Source of the DNA: Eledone cirrhosa
Taxonomy: Eukaryota
Assembly: GCA_964016885.1 (NCBI GenBank)
Contig: OZ024742.1
Span: 73,780,001-73,844,000 of the forward strand
Direction of reading: 5' to 3'
Length of the DNA: 64,000 bases
Every line of letters begins with the position of its first letter. Position 1 is the stretch's first letter. Both the position numbers and the translations under genes were made by a program. Positions 39,386-54,069 of this stretch are shown piece after piece. The notes beneath the pieces were generated by a model. The model saw nothing but the letters and a program-made list of their open reading frames with translations. It did not search any database and was not told where the DNA came from.

Positions 39386-39548
39386 ATTTTTCGCTCTACA
39401 TGGCTGAATACAATAAATGTAATCTGAGTTTTTCGAATATTAATACAAAATATTCGATTCGTTTGCAATTATGCAAACAAGCCTCATTTTTAAAGCCATG
39501 TCAGTAGAATGAGCCCCCCATTCTTGCTCTTGTGTTGGCATGTAAACA

Positions 39549-39597
39549 GAACTGCAGACACTAATGTCTCTAGGTATTACCCTTCATCATACAGCTC
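39549..39597 (-). ncRNA. Decayed second hammerhead of the 445-bp tandem
   Basis: Same as 39994-40043 but C3 deleted and GAAA changed to GAGA. Confidence 0.6.
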
Positions 39598-39993
39598 ACT
39601 GTTCACCTGCCAACTGTCAGAGCTAGTGAAAATATATGTTATTTTCTAAAATATACAGTGACTGATTGGCCTGGATCGGCCTGATTTGCATATAAACAGA
39701 CTGGCTGATCAGACAGATCTGCATCTTAGCAGATCCACTGATCAGTCAGATTTGCATATCACCAGACTGGCCAGTCAGTTTCCTGTATACGAGCGATGAA
39801 TAGCCGCCTTTGCCACATTCAAATAAAAAGAATGTTTCGTCCTACATGGCTGAATACAACAAATGTAATCTGAGTTTCTCGAATATTAATAAAAATATTC
39901 GATTCGTTTGCAATTATGCAAACACGCCTCATTTTTAAAGCCATGTCAGTAGAATGAGCCCCTCATTCTTGCTCTTATGTTGGCATGTAAACA

Positions 39994-40043
39994 GAACTGC
40001 AGACACTAATGTTTCTGGGTATCACCCTTCATCAGTACAGCTC
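39994..40043 (-). ncRNA. Type I hammerhead ribozyme, intact core, GUC cleavage triplet
   Basis: GAGCTGTA-CTGATGA-AGGGT-GAT-ACCCA-GAAA-CATTAGTG-TC-TGCAGTTC; 8-bp stem I including G-U pairs. Confidence 0.85.
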
Positions 40044-40099
40044 ACTGTTCACCTGCCAACTGTCAGAGCTAGTGAAAATATATGCTATTTTCGATTTAT

Positions 40100-40223
<124 letters not shown>

Positions 40224-40977
40224 GAGGGTAGGCTGAAAATTCATAGGCTGATTATGAAGAAGTGATTCTAGAGCTGTGAAATCTCACATGCATTAATTCA
40301 ATGAGAAATACCTATTCCTGAGACTAAGGAACTCACAGACCAAGATTGAACATGATTGGTCCATTGGTGTTTATGTACACTGGAGACAAAGAGACAAACG
40401 AGTTACGTTCACATACACACAGGTATACACATACTCACACTTAGACATTAAATGAAGTGCGTGTGGATAAATTGTGAATGTATATGTACGTAGGTTTTAT
40501 ATATACACCCATTTAGCCTCACTGTGCAAATAGATCATGTAATCAACAAGAGGGGTTTCTTAACAGAACGACCAGAAGAACAACTCGATTAGTTTCGCCT
40601 AGTTATTGACCGGTCATCAACAATGTCTGCTGGGGGCGGGGAGTTGTGAACGCACCATGGGAAAATTGTTAAGGAGTTCGCTTAGCAATCATTAGATGCC
40701 TGGTTCGATCACACTGTGTGGCATCTTTGGTAAATGTCAATTACCACAGGCTCGGTTCGACCCATGCCTTGTCAGTTTAAATGGGTTGACAGAATATGTT
40801 TCGAAGCCCGTCAGATACAATACCTGAAATTCAATACTCAGTGCCAAGCTGAGTATTACCTTAAGGGTACATGTGCCCGAGGAATGCTTAGTCACTTAAA
40901 CGTTAATTTCACGAGGAGGTATTTCTTTTGATCGAACAACTAGAACATTCATCGTCGAAACCGACGGCGGTCCCTCA

Positions 40978-41020
<43 letters not shown>

Positions 41021-41022
<2 letters not shown>

Positions 41023-41213
41023 CGAAGGAAATGTGGTAAGGAACCAGATGGACCATAACGCACCAAAGTACTCAATACTTAGGATAGTAGAGTGGGTAAT
41101 AGGAACAAGTATGACCCCGACGGCAGAGCTCAAGCCGTTTCGACGGCTAATTCTGGACTAGAATTAGCCGTCGAAACGGCTTGAGCTCTGCCGTCGGGGT
41201 CATACTTGTTCCT
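41021..41213 (-). mobile_element. Palindromic half-hammerhead mini-element (copy 2)
   Basis: Homologous to 4608-4786; axis near 41158; (TA)n both sides. Confidence 0.8.
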
Positions 41214-42629
41214 ATATATATAAACATCGAATTTGTAGATACAACTTGGCTGCTCTGATATGCTAGTTGGCTTCAGGCACAGATGAGTGGAGTTGCAGAT
41301 GTGCAAACTGCAATACATCAGTGCACCTCGATTGTGTTGCAAGTGTAACCAGTGCATCTGCTACTGCTGCTGCTACACAACTTATAATGCAGTTTTTCTG
41401 TGAGGCTTTAGTCATGTATGTATGGAAGAGAGAGGTAAGAGGAGCAGGATAAATAGAGAAGGCCCAACTCTATCTTTCAGTATTTTGAAGTCGTGTTCAG
41501 TATATAAGAGTGATGATAATAAAATGTCTGGTAGTATTGGGTGGAAGTAAGACACGTGGCTGATTGAATTAGAAGACATTGGAAATATAACAAAGAACGC
41601 TAGAAATTCCTCCAATCTTTCAGCGTTCTCACTGTACAATTCAGCCAATCACATGGCAGTCATGAATGGCGTAGTGGAAGAGAGAGGCAGAGACAGCGAC
41701 GGCGGCGTCGGTGATAGCTGAATAGTGAGTCGAAAGTTTTTCTTTTTAATCAATACTGCTTCGCCTCTTTACGATCCTCACCCCCGCCTCCCCACCACAA
41801 CCTGACTTTTCCTGGTTGTCGAGAGTTAAGCTGGGGGTGGGGATGAAGTGGATAGTAAGAGGTGAGGAGTGGAAGTATTTTAGATGGGTTACTGTGAGGG
41901 GGGGGGGGGGGGTACTGTGACAGGGGCCAAAAGTTGTGGCGACATATTATAGGAATGAATATATATGTGTGTGTGCGCGCGCGTGTGGCTGTGTGTATAT
42001 GTACATATGTATGTGTGAGTGTGTATATGTATTTATGTTCGTATGTATGTATATACGTATGTATGTACGTAAGTATGTATGTACGTATGTATATATGTAT
42101 ATATGTACTTATATATGCATGTGTATATGTGTATATATGCATGTGTCTGAATATATGTGTTTGTATGTTTGTATATATGTACGTGTGTATGTATATATAT
42201 GTATATATGTATGTATATATATGTATATATGTACGTGTGTATGTATATATATGTATATATGTATGTATGTGTTTATATATGTATGTATGTATGAGTTGTA
42301 AGGGCTGATTGGATGGTGGTGGGTGGAATAGGATGTGGAAGGGAGTAATAACTGCGGTAGAAACAGGACAGTGTGAGTATACGGGGGAGGTAGGGAGGTT
42401 GAAGAAGTTATGAGTTTAGGGAAAAAGGTAAAAGGATGGGATAAGGTTATAAGCTGTGATGGAGTTCTAGAATTGAGTGGTGTGTGAGGCTATATCAGCT
42501 CTGGTGTGGCTTGAAATATGGTGAATATCTCTTGGTTGCAAACCAATTCTCTTTAGTTGGTGTTGAACTGGCGTATATATATATATACACTTATACACAC
42601 ATACAGTCAAATATACATAGGACATACAA

Positions 42630-43096
<467 letters not shown>

Positions 43097-44020
43097 GTCA
43101 GCCATCAAAGAGTGCGGTCGATTGGCAGGTACAGTGGAATCCGCTTAATGTAATCGTGAAAAGTGTCAGCACCTGCTTATTGTTATCAAAATAGATGGCG
43201 CCTGGTCTCAAACTCTTTATTTAATTCTAACAGTCGATTATTATAGAAATGGCTTCGTCTCCAAGCCGAACACACTAAGCGACTTCTACTTCATCCGATA
43301 CAGCCCTTTATATTCTGAGTTCAAATCCCAGCGAGATCAACTTTGTCCCTCATAATTCTAGTGTGGACAAAGGGAAGTACTGGGGTCGATTCCTGAAATA
43401 CATCTTAGATGTGAATGCAATGAAAAGCAATCATATGACGCAGATAGTGTATCTTTTATCGTCTTATTTAATATGGTACTTCCATTTTTTTAAACAGTAG
43501 GGCGTAATTTGAGAAATATGTTGCTCCTTTTTCTAGCATATCGAGCAAACACGAAGAGATCCTCTCGTTTGCTTGTGTTTCTATGTTATCATTCTTCAGC
43601 CCTAGGTCAGCTTTAATCGAGGAGACCTAAGATAAAAAGATGACGTTCCAGAGGTGAAGTTACCATCTATCTTTTATTTTTTCTTCCTTCAAATACAACT
43701 TATCCAGGCCCGGCCCACATCCTCCCATGTGGCCCGTCTATTTAAGATTTTAGGATGATTTGATCGCTATTTCTACAGATCAAGCGACTACATAAAAGCG
43801 ATTCCTTGATCTCATCTTGTTAAAAGCAATGTATTAAAACTGAGAGATGTGCATGTATACGAGTGCTGTAGCGGCCCGAACCTTCAATCTGGAAAGAAAG
43901 AAAAGATTTGGCATGTAAGCTTATAACCATATAAAAGATCTATTAGACTGACCGTTACGTAGGTCAATTAAAAGTGCCTGATAAGAAAAAGTCCGAAAAG
44001 CTCTTGAGTGTATCTCGTAC

Positions 44021-47000
44021 ATGTAACTATGTATATGTAACTGTGTATATATAACTGTGTATATATAATTGTGTATCTATAACTGTATATATAATGGTGT
44101 ATATATAACTGTGTATATATAATTGTGTATCTATAACTGTATATATAATGGTGTATATATAACTGTGTATATATAATTGTGTATCTATAACTGTATATAT
44201 AATGGTGTATATGTAACTGTGTATATATAACTGTGTATATATAACTGTGTATATATAACTGTGTATATATAACTGTGTATATGTAACTGTGTATATATAA
44301 CTATGTATATGTAAGTGTGTATATATAACTGTGTATATGTAACTGTGTATAGATAACTGTGTATATGTAACTGTGTATTTGTAACTGTGTATATATAACT
44401 GTATATGTAACTCTGTATATGTAACTGTGTATATGTAACTATGTATATGTAACTGTGTATATGTAACTGTGTATATATAACTGTGTATATGTAACTGTGT
44501 ATATATAACTGTGTATATATAACTGTGTATATGTAACTGTGTATATATAACTGTGTATATGTAACTGTGTATATGTAACTATGTATATATAACTGTGTAT
44601 ATGTAACTCTGTATATGTAACTGTGTATATGTAACTATGTATATGTAACTGTGTATATGTAACTGTGTATATGTAACTGTGTATATGTAACTGTGTATAT
44701 GTAACTCTGTATATGTAACTGTGTATATGTATCTGTGTATATGTAACTGTGTATATGTAACTGTGTATATATAACTGTATATATAACTGTGTATATGTAA
44801 CTGTGTATCTATAACTGTATATATAACTGTGTATATGTAACTGTGTATATATAACTGTGTATATATAACTGTGTATATATAACTGTGTATATATATAACT
44901 GTGTATATGTAACTGTGTATATATAACTGTGTATATGTAACTGTGCATATGTCACTGTGTATATGTAACTGTGTATATGTAACTGTGTATATGTGACTGT
45001 GTATATGTAACTGTGTATATGTAACTGTGTATCTATAACTGTATATGTAACTGTATATATGTAACTGTGTATATGTAACTGTGTATATGTAACTGTGTAT
45101 CTATAACTGTATATGTAACTGTATATATGTAACTGTGTATATATAACTGTATATATGTAACTGTGTATATGTAACTGTGTATATGTGACTGTGTATATGT
45201 AACTGTGTATATGTAACTGTGTATATGTAACTGTGTATATATAACTGTGTATATGTAACTGTGTATATGTAACTGTGCATATGTAACTGTGTATCTATAA
45301 CTGTATATGTAACTGTGTATATGTAACTGTATATGTAACTGTATATATGTAACTGTGTATATGTAACTGTGTATATGTAACTATGTATATGTAACTGTGT
45401 ATATGTAACTGTGTATATGTAACTGTGTATATCTAACTGTGTATATGTAACTGTGTATATATAACTGTATATATGTAACTGTGTATATGTAACTGTGTAT
45501 ATGTAACTGTGTATATATAACTGTATATATGTAACTGTGTATATGTAACTGTGTATCTATAACTGTGTATATATAACTGTGTATATGTAACTGTGTACAT
45601 GTAACTGTGTATCTATAACTGTGTATATATAACTGTGTATATGTAACTGTGTATATGTAACTGTATATGTAACTGTGTATATGTAACTGTGTATATGTAA
45701 CTGTATATATATAACTGTGTATATGTAACTGTGTATATGTAACTGTGTATATGTAACTGTGTATATATAACTGTGTATATGTAACTGTATATATATAACT
45801 GCGTATATGTAACTGTGTATATGTAACTGTGTATATGTAACTGTGTATATGTAACTGTGTATATATAACTGTGTATATGTAACTGTGTATATGTAACTGT
45901 GTATATGTAACTGTGTATATGTAACTGTGTATATGTGACTGTGTATCTATAACTGTATGTGTAACTGTATATATGTAACTGTGTATATGTAACTGTGTAT
46001 ATATAACTGTGTATATGTAACTGTGTATATATAACTGTGTATATGTAACTGTGTATATGTAACTGTATATATGTAACTGTGTATATGTAACGGTGTATAT
46101 ATAACTGTGTATATATAACTGTGTATATGTAACTATGAATGTGTAACTGTGTATATGTAACTGTGTATGTGTAACTGTGTATCTATAACTGTATATGTAA
46201 CTGTATATATGTAACTGTGTATATGTAACTGTGTATCTATAACTGTATATGTAACTGTGTATATGTAACTGTGTATATGTAACTGTGTATATGTAACTGT
46301 GTATATATAACTGTGTATATGTAACTATGTATATGTAACTGTGTATATGTAACTATGTATATATAACTGTGTATATGTAACTGTGTATATGTAACTGTGT
46401 ATATGTAACTGTGTATATATAACTGTGTATCTATAACTGTATATGTAACTGTGTATATGTAACTGTGTATATGTAACTGTGTACATATAACTGTGTATAT
46501 GTAACTGTGTATCTAAAACTGTATATTTAAATGTGTATATGTAACTGTGTATATGTAATTGTGTATATGTAACTGTGTATATGTAACTGTGTATATGTAA
46601 CTGTGTATATATAACTGTGTATATAGAACTGTGTATATATAACTGTGTATATGCAACTGTGTATATATAACTGTGTATATGTAACTGTATACATAACTGT
46701 GTATATGTAACTGTGTATATATAACTGTGTATATGTAACTGTATATGTAACTGTGTATATGTAACTGTGTATATATAACTGTGTATATGTAACTGTGTAT
46801 ATATAACTGTGTATATGTAACTGTATATGTAACTGTGTATATGTAACTGTGTATATATAACTGTGTATATGTAACTATGTATATGTAACTGTGTATATGT
46901 AACTGTGTATATGTAACTATGTATATATAACTGTGTATATGTAACTGTGTATATGTAACTGTGTATATGTAACTGTGTATATATAACTGTGTATATATAA

Positions 47001-47595
47001 CTGTGTATATGTAACTGTGTATCTATAACTGTATATGTAACTGTGTATATGTAACTGTGTATATTAACTGTGTATATGTAACTGTGTATATATAACTGTG
47101 TATATATAACTGTGTATATGCAACTGTGTATATATAACTGTGTATATGTAACTGTATATATAACTGTGTATATGTAACTGTGTATATATAACTGTGTATA
47201 TGTAACTGTATATGTAACTGTGTATATATAACTGTGTATATGTAACTGTGTATATATAACTGTGTATATGTAACTGTGTATATGTAACTGTGTATATGTA
47301 ACTGTGTATATGTAACTGTGTATATGTAACTGTGTATATGTAACTGTGTATATATAACTGTGTATATATAACTGTGTATATGTAACTGTGTATATGTAAC
47401 TGTGTATATGTAACTGTGTATATATAACTGTGTATATGTAACTGTGTATATGTAGCTGTGTATATATAACTGTGTATATGTAACTGTATATTTGTAACTG
47501 TGTATATGTAAATGTGTATATATAACTGTGTATATATAACTGTGTATATGTAACTGTGTATATGTAACTGTGTATATGTAATGTATATGCAACTA
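44021..47595. repeat. About 3.6-kb minisatellite, 14-bp unit GTAACTGTGTATAT with 12-bp variants
   Basis: Direct reading; 54-bp higher-order block at 44067, 44121 and 44175. Confidence 0.97.
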
Positions 47596-47639
47596 TGTGG
47601 ATAATTGTATGTATGAAAGGGTAACTTGATAATAAACTT

Positions 47640-48290
47640 TGTTAGAATTTGACCGCTGTTGGCTCAAACCATGTGTAACATAATTGCATGACCTGGTAGA
47701 GTCTTAATAAATGTTGTCGAGTAGCATATCCAGGTGTCGGTGGTTTATCTGACATTTCTTGGAGGAAATTGCTAGGTACCCAATGGAGGTTATGGAATGT
47801 TTTTTCTTCCTTAATTTGTTCCTGTATAATGTTGCAGAGAGCAGGGCCAGTTGAGGTAAAACATTTGTGTCGTAATGTGGTTATGTAATGTGAGCTCAAT
47901 TTCTGTAGGGGATGTATGTATAAAAGATGTAGCAGCTCTCACGACACCATTTCAGTTTTTCCAGTTGATCCTGGTAATCAAGGCTTGTCATGCTATTTAT
48001 TTGTTATGTAATTGATCTCTGTGGTGCTTCAATTTTCGTATTACTTTGTTTGATAAGAGGAGATCACAGAAGGAAACAGTTTACAAGGCGAGATCAAGGA
48101 AAGGTTGAGAGTAGGATAATGGCATCTATATTTCTAGACCGGAAATTTCTATAAAACCACGAGTACATTCTACGTGTCATGCCAGCTTTATTGTTGATGT
48201 GGACGCTCCAGTTTAGGTTATGATTGACAGCTACAGCTAAGTCTATGATAAAAAAAATTGACCCATCGTTTAGCAGCAAATCGTTTTCCT
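47640..48290 (-). mobile_element. CR1-type LINE 3' remnant
   Basis: WSVHINNKAG...RNFRSRN, then CFTSTGPAL.N...FLQEMSDKPPTPGY, typical of CR1-group C-termini. Confidence 0.7.
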
Positions 48291-48374
48291 AATCACAGAG
48301 CATTTTTCTATATAAAAGGAAGAGACTGAGGGGTGGGGTGGAGATTGAACAGATTCGAAACAATATTTCTACAC

Positions 48375-48545
48375 TTATTCTTTTACGTTTTACTGGTTTC
48401 AGTCATTGGAATGCGGCCATGCTACAATACTGCCTCCAAAGGTTTCTGTCAATGATATTGACCTTAGTACATATTTCAATCGGGTCCTCATTTTACCGTT
48501 CTTTATTTATCGAGTCGCTAAGTTAAAGGACATAAAGGGGCACGA
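48375..48545 (-). mobile_element. SINE remnant
   Basis: TTTTACTGGTTTCAGTCATTGGAATGCGGCCATGCT shared with 30840-30950. Confidence 0.55.
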
Positions 48546-48627
48546 CATACATAAACAACATAACCGGCATTTAGACCGATGTAAACATAAACACACACAA
48601 ACACATACAGACACATATATGTATACA

Positions 48628-48732
<105 letters not shown>

Positions 48733-48838
48733 GGACCTGAAGACGGCCCACCGAACTAGAAACTGCTAAATGTGTGGCCGCCTTCTTGTCTCTCTGCCTT
48801 TTCAGTCCCATGGATTATATTCCTCTGTTAAATTTCGA

Positions 48839-48896
48839 ATACCAGATGATGTCACCGGATTCATACTGAACCCGGTCATTGAAATGTTCATAGTAT
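48839..48896 (+). ncRNA. Hammerhead motif with one core substitution
   Basis: ATAC-CAGATGA-TG..ACCGG..TTCA-TAC-TGAA..CCGGT.CATT-GAAA-TGTTCA-TA-GTAT in an island between (TA)n tracts. Confidence 0.55.
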
Positions 48897-51659
48897 AATA
48901 AACATTTAAGGAATTACACCAGTCCAGCCTCCTGTTATTTTATAATATATATATATATATACGGTGAGCTTTTGCACAATTTCTGTTCATCAAATCCTAC
49001 TTCCAAGGCTTTAGTCAATCCGAGGCGATGATAGTAGATAGTGTGCCGCGCGGTGGTATCGAACTCAAGGATATGCAGAGGCGAAATTATATCTAATCCC
49101 ACAACCTTAGCTGCCCTTGTTCTTTATATACAATGACAGTGGCTATGTGAGATCAACCTCTTGTCTGTTCCCTCACAATTCTTGTTATTGTTGTTATTAT
49201 TGTTTCGTCCCAGGTCAGATCTGATCAATCCTGTTCTCTAAAACAATGTATACAGGATTATTATCCAAATTGTGTTCTATTTTATTTAAGATGGATTGTG
49301 CGTTTGGTGGGTATTTGATTGCTTTTACTAGCGGGTCGAACCATCATGTAGGGGCTTCCTCGTGATTTCAGAAAGATGAATACCACAAACTGTTTTTCAT
49401 TCTTCCTATAAATCATAAAAATAGATAAATCTCCTTACCCAGGTATAGAAATTACTTTTGACGAGGTGCAACGTCACATATTTGTCGAGAATGTATAATC
49501 GATATAAACAATCAATATATTGCTGGTATTATTTTATTGATCTCGGAGGTCTAAATAGTAAAGACGAGGCTGTTGAAAACATGTAACTACGAATATTGTT
49601 TCCTAACACCACAATACATCAGATTGGAATTACTCGAGTGAATAAAAAACCTCTACACAGTCACTCAACCAGCTAGAAATGGCTGTCCATTCCTTCTCTA
49701 ATACACCTTACCGTCTTTGGCTGCAGACATAGCTCTGTGGTTAAGAAATTCGCTTGCAGCTACATGAGTCTCTGTTCAATATCAGTGAATGACACATGAA
49801 GTATAGCCATGTGAGGAAAATTTGATCGGCAGAAACTGTGTGGAAGCCTGTTCGGTGGGACTCTTTTTGTTCTTGGGTGATAAACTTACTCCATCACCTG
49901 GCTTAACATCATAGCTTAGCTTTTAGTTGCCGTTAGTGGAGTACACTATTTTGCAAGCATTCTCGCCAACTCTCAGGTTTGAACATAATATTCTTCCTCG
50001 CTCCACTCGTCACGGAGAACCTGAAAATGTCATGGGCTCTCTGATATAAAAAAAAAAGGTTTGTTAGATAATGTAGTCCTTGATATACAATAAAGAACAA
50101 CATGATCAAAAGGGGAAATCTTCGAAAATAAGTTTGCTCGATCAAGGTTGCTTTGAGGCTAAACGGCAAGAAAACCAGCAATAACTCTCAGCAAATAAAC
50201 TATTATTTTATCGATCTTGAAAGGATAAAAACTAAAGTCAATATCAGTATGAATTGAACTCAAAATGTAATGAAATTATTTAATATTTAGACCGGCGCTC
50301 TACCGCTTCTTCCAATTTACTGCTATTATTAACGCTGTAATTTAACTGCTATTAAATACGTATCAAAACTTGATATATATATAAATTGTTAATGCTGAGA
50401 CAGCTGGAATCATTTCACTTACATTGCTAACTTCTTTTGGAATGACATGAATGTAACAACTTCATAACATAAAAAAAAAGAAAACGAAAATATTATTTTG
50501 CGAAGTAAGCATGTTTTGTTCAGTATAGATGAAGTTTTAAGAAGCAGTTTTAAGATTCAGTTTCGATAATAAAGTTGAAACAGTTTTTTTTCAATTCATT
50601 TACTTCACTTTTTTTATAGAAGGATTGGGGTTCCGTTGGTTTCGACGATGAGTGTTCCGTTTATTTGATCATTGGGTCAGCCTGAAATTAACGTGTAAGC
50701 GGCAGAGCATTCCACAGTCCCTTACGTAATCCTTAATGTAATTTTCAGGAAGATTCAGCATAACAGAGTGTGTGCCAAGGCTAGCTCTTTGAAATACAGA
50801 TACAGTTCATCCGGCGGACGTCCAAACAATTTCCGTCTACTCAATTGTATTCACATGATTTGGTCGACCCGAAATTATGATAAATGATTCTTTTTCCAAG
50901 ATGTCACGCCGTGAGATGGAATCTGGGACCTAATGATTGCGAAGCAAACTTATTAACCATTCGACCATGCTGTGTCCACATTTACCCCACATTTGTCCCA
51001 CCAATATCGTTGGGAACGGCATGAACACCATATATCCTAGTTTCGGCCATATACCATTTTCTGTGCCAATATTAGTGAGAAATGTTTATAGGTGGTAATT
51101 TTAATCCATCACTTGGTTTAACACAACCGCCTCGTCGCTGGTTGCCTTTAGCAATGTCCATTCTATTACAAGCCTTCCCACGAGACCAAAGGATAACTGA
51201 ATATTTTGATAGGCTATAACCTACTGTTTTTCTCCAGCCAATCAGACCAGAGGTCTTATAAAGGTCAAAAGCACTAGCCTTCTCCCAGTTGGAACTAAAA
51301 AAAAAAAAAAAAAAAAAATGATAACATAAATAAAAGCAACTCGCCCAATTTACACCAATGACAGTTTAACATCCCCAAATCCAACAATTACTTCTTGTTT
51401 AGTTTATTCCACTCAAGGTTCAGCCGAGAGAGCCTCAACAAGCTTCCCAATCGGCTTTTTGTATTTAAAATAAATATAGGAAAAAGAAAAGAAACAAAAT
51501 GAAGCATTTTGTTAGAGTGTAAAGTAAAAGCGGACTGCTATGTGGATTGTGCGGATATGATGTCATCGCTTTCAGAAGCTGAAACTGGATGAAGAAAATC
51601 AATAAACCAAAATAGAATCAATCCTTGCATTATTTCATTATTTATTATTATTATTATTA

Positions 51660-51718
<59 letters not shown>

Positions 51719-52153
51719 GTTATTATTATTATTTTCTAACAGTCTACTATACTGTGAGTTATCATTGGCAGTATGACGAACTTTTCTGCCAACGAAAACA
51801 TTAATTCCAGCTTGTAATAGGAAAAATCAGCCAAGAATTATTCGTCTGCTGAGAATATTTATTTTCTTCTGAATTTCTCGCTTCTCTCCTCTGCTAGATG
51901 GAATTCGACAAGGATTCTCTCACAAATAATGTCTACTTTTCGTCCATTCGAGGAATGAAAAATGCCAGGAGAGAATTAAGCAATGTCTACAAGTCAATGA
52001 GTGAGAATGGAATTGGTTCTACTTTAACTGTTTGATTCTTTTATGAATGAGATTTTAGACTAATCACATTGTTACTATATGTAGCAAATGCATTGTATTG
52101 TTTATACATGTAGGGTTTATTCTGGTAAATAAATAAATCTATATAGACAGCCA

Positions 52154-52243
<90 letters not shown>

Positions 52244-52255
52244 TTTGTGTGTGTA

Positions 52256-52313
<58 letters not shown>

Positions 52314-52354
52314 TATATAAATATATATATATATATACACATATACATATATAA

Positions 52355-52397
<43 letters not shown>

Positions 52398-52406
<9 letters not shown>

Positions 52407-52424
52407 CATTGTTTTCACTATTTG

Positions 52425-52464
<40 letters not shown>

Positions 52465-52490
52465 CAAATAGTGAAAACAATGAAATTAAA
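52398..52490. repeat. Palindrome with arms of about 30 bp centred on (TA)n
   Basis: TTTAATTTCATTGTTTTCACTATTTGTATTA ... TAATACAAATAGTGAAAACAATGAAATTAAA. Confidence 0.85.
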
Positions 52491-52512
52491 CAAAATACGG
52501 GTAATTCATAGT

Positions 52513-52660
52513 AAAACTCATTATTTTGCGATCGTTTCTGGGGGGTAGTTCTCCGTATGTTCATTCTATTAGTGATCTATATAAAATATATTACAAATTA
52601 TCGAGTAAGAAACTATACATACGTCTTCCCTACCCGCCGTCTTCAGAAACAATGAGTTTT
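52513..52660 (-). ncRNA. Hammerhead motif with long stem II and mutated cleavage triplet
   Basis: AAAACTCATTGTTT-CTGAAGA-CGGCGGGTAG...CTACCCCCCA-GAAA-CGATCG-CA-AAATAATGAGTTTT; 14-bp stem I; palindromic stem III. Confidence 0.7.
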
Positions 52661-53357
52661 GTTTATTGAAGAATATAAAAACATGTATGAATAAGTAACC
52701 TTTTAAGAACAAGGTTGAGATCGACCAATAGTAAAAATAGGAAGGGGCAATATAGATAATTAAGCTGGTAGTAGTAAATGAATAAATTAGCAGTCAGGGG
52801 ACGAGGTATCGAATGACCTTTAAGAAAAGAAAGCTGCGAGTGTAAAGGAATTTAGACTGATTGTATAGAAATTTCAGAAAAGTGTGGACGGTCAAGGAAG
52901 ATTAAAGTTGGAGGAAAAGGGGTGCAGATATCAGTGTGTTATATCCAGTAGAATAGTATAGAACAATCCTAAGTATTTGTTACTTCTTTGTTCAAGAGGA
53001 ATAATTTGTTCTAAAAATAGAACAAGTTGAGGAATATAGATGGAAACAAAGAAAAGTAATAAATAGATAACAAAAAAATATATAGGTAAGAAAATAATAA
53101 TATTTGTGTAAGTATTGTATTGTGTTAGAGAAGTCAGAATGAAGTTTTACCTGTAGGGAATTTTATTTTCGAATAAGAAATCTCATTAATAATCTGGTTT
53201 TCTTAATAGGTTTAAATGCATGTCTGTTAAAGTTTTGTTAGTGTTGAATATAATGTAATATATAGTGCTCATTAATAGTTAATTATTTAAAACAGTTATA
53301 GGGATGAAATATAGGATTGAATCTATGGAGTAATTCTAATAGCAAAATATATATACT

Positions 53358-53393
<36 letters not shown>

Positions 53394-53415
53394 GTATATT
53401 ATATATATATATATA

Positions 53416-53605
53416 AGGGCGGTGGATTGGCAGTATCGGTAGAGGGTCGGACGCCATGCTTTCCAGCATAGTTACGTCCCTTTACGATCTGAGTTCAAAT
53501 CCCGCCGAGGTTGACTTTGCCTTTCATCCTTACGGGGTCGATAAAATAAAGTACCAGTAATGCACTGGATAATTGCTGGCCTTGTGCCTAAAGTAGAAAC
53601 AATTA
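53416..53605 (+). mobile_element. tRNA-derived SINE between TA runs
   Basis: A-box-like TGGCAGTATCGG, B-box GAGTTCAAATCC, central GCCTTTCATCCTTACGGGGTCGATAAAATAAAGTACCAG. Confidence 0.75.
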
Positions 53606-53619
53606 TATATATATATATA

Positions 53620-53999
53620 ACACGGCGTTAGCTAACAGCGGCTTCTCGCAACCTATCACTTACTCTCCCACTATCAACAACAGCAATAAGAAAAGAAAGC
53701 GTAACAATAGACGAACTATCTGGTTCTCTCCTCCCTTCTCACTCAACGTTGAAACCAATGTAGGCAAACAATATCTAGCCCTCTTAGATAGACACTTTCC
53801 CATAGGTCATAAATACCGCTCCATCTTTAACTGACACAAAGTAAAACTAGGATACTCCTGCGCTAAGAACATGAAGGCCCACATCACCAGCAGCCCTAGG
53901 AGCAACACCCCACCACGGTGCTCTTGCCGTAAGCCTGAAGCTTGCCTACTTCAACAGCAATGCAACACACCAGCCGTAATTTATGAAGCTGTGGTCACT

Positions 54000-54004
<5 letters not shown>
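53620..54004 (+). mobile_element. Penelope-like (Naiad-type) linker and GIY-YIG start fragment
   Basis: ALANSGF...RRTIWFSPPFSLNVETNVGK..L.LLDRHFP..HKY..IFN...KLGYSC..NMK...CSCRKPEACLLQQQC...VIYEAVV; homologous to about 56000-56380. Confidence 0.8.

Positions 54005-54065
<61 letters not shown>

Positions 54066-54069
<4 letters not shown>

Larger units (their letters stand above)
39388..40093 (-). mobile_element. Partial tandem of a 445-bp non-coding unit, each repeat carrying a hammerhead (retrozyme-like or tandem PLE terminal repeat)
   Basis: About 39388-39648 repeated at about 39835-40093; flanked by (TG)n and (TA)n. Confidence 0.8.

Noticed and set aside
41267-41648. Short non-repetitive ORFs on both strands
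   Set aside because: No recognisable motifs or consistent splice signals.
53830-53835. In-frame TGA in the Naiad-type fragment as selenocysteine
   Set aside because: It sits at a position expected to be Arg (CGA to TGA decay), not at a conserved Cys; no SECIS seen.
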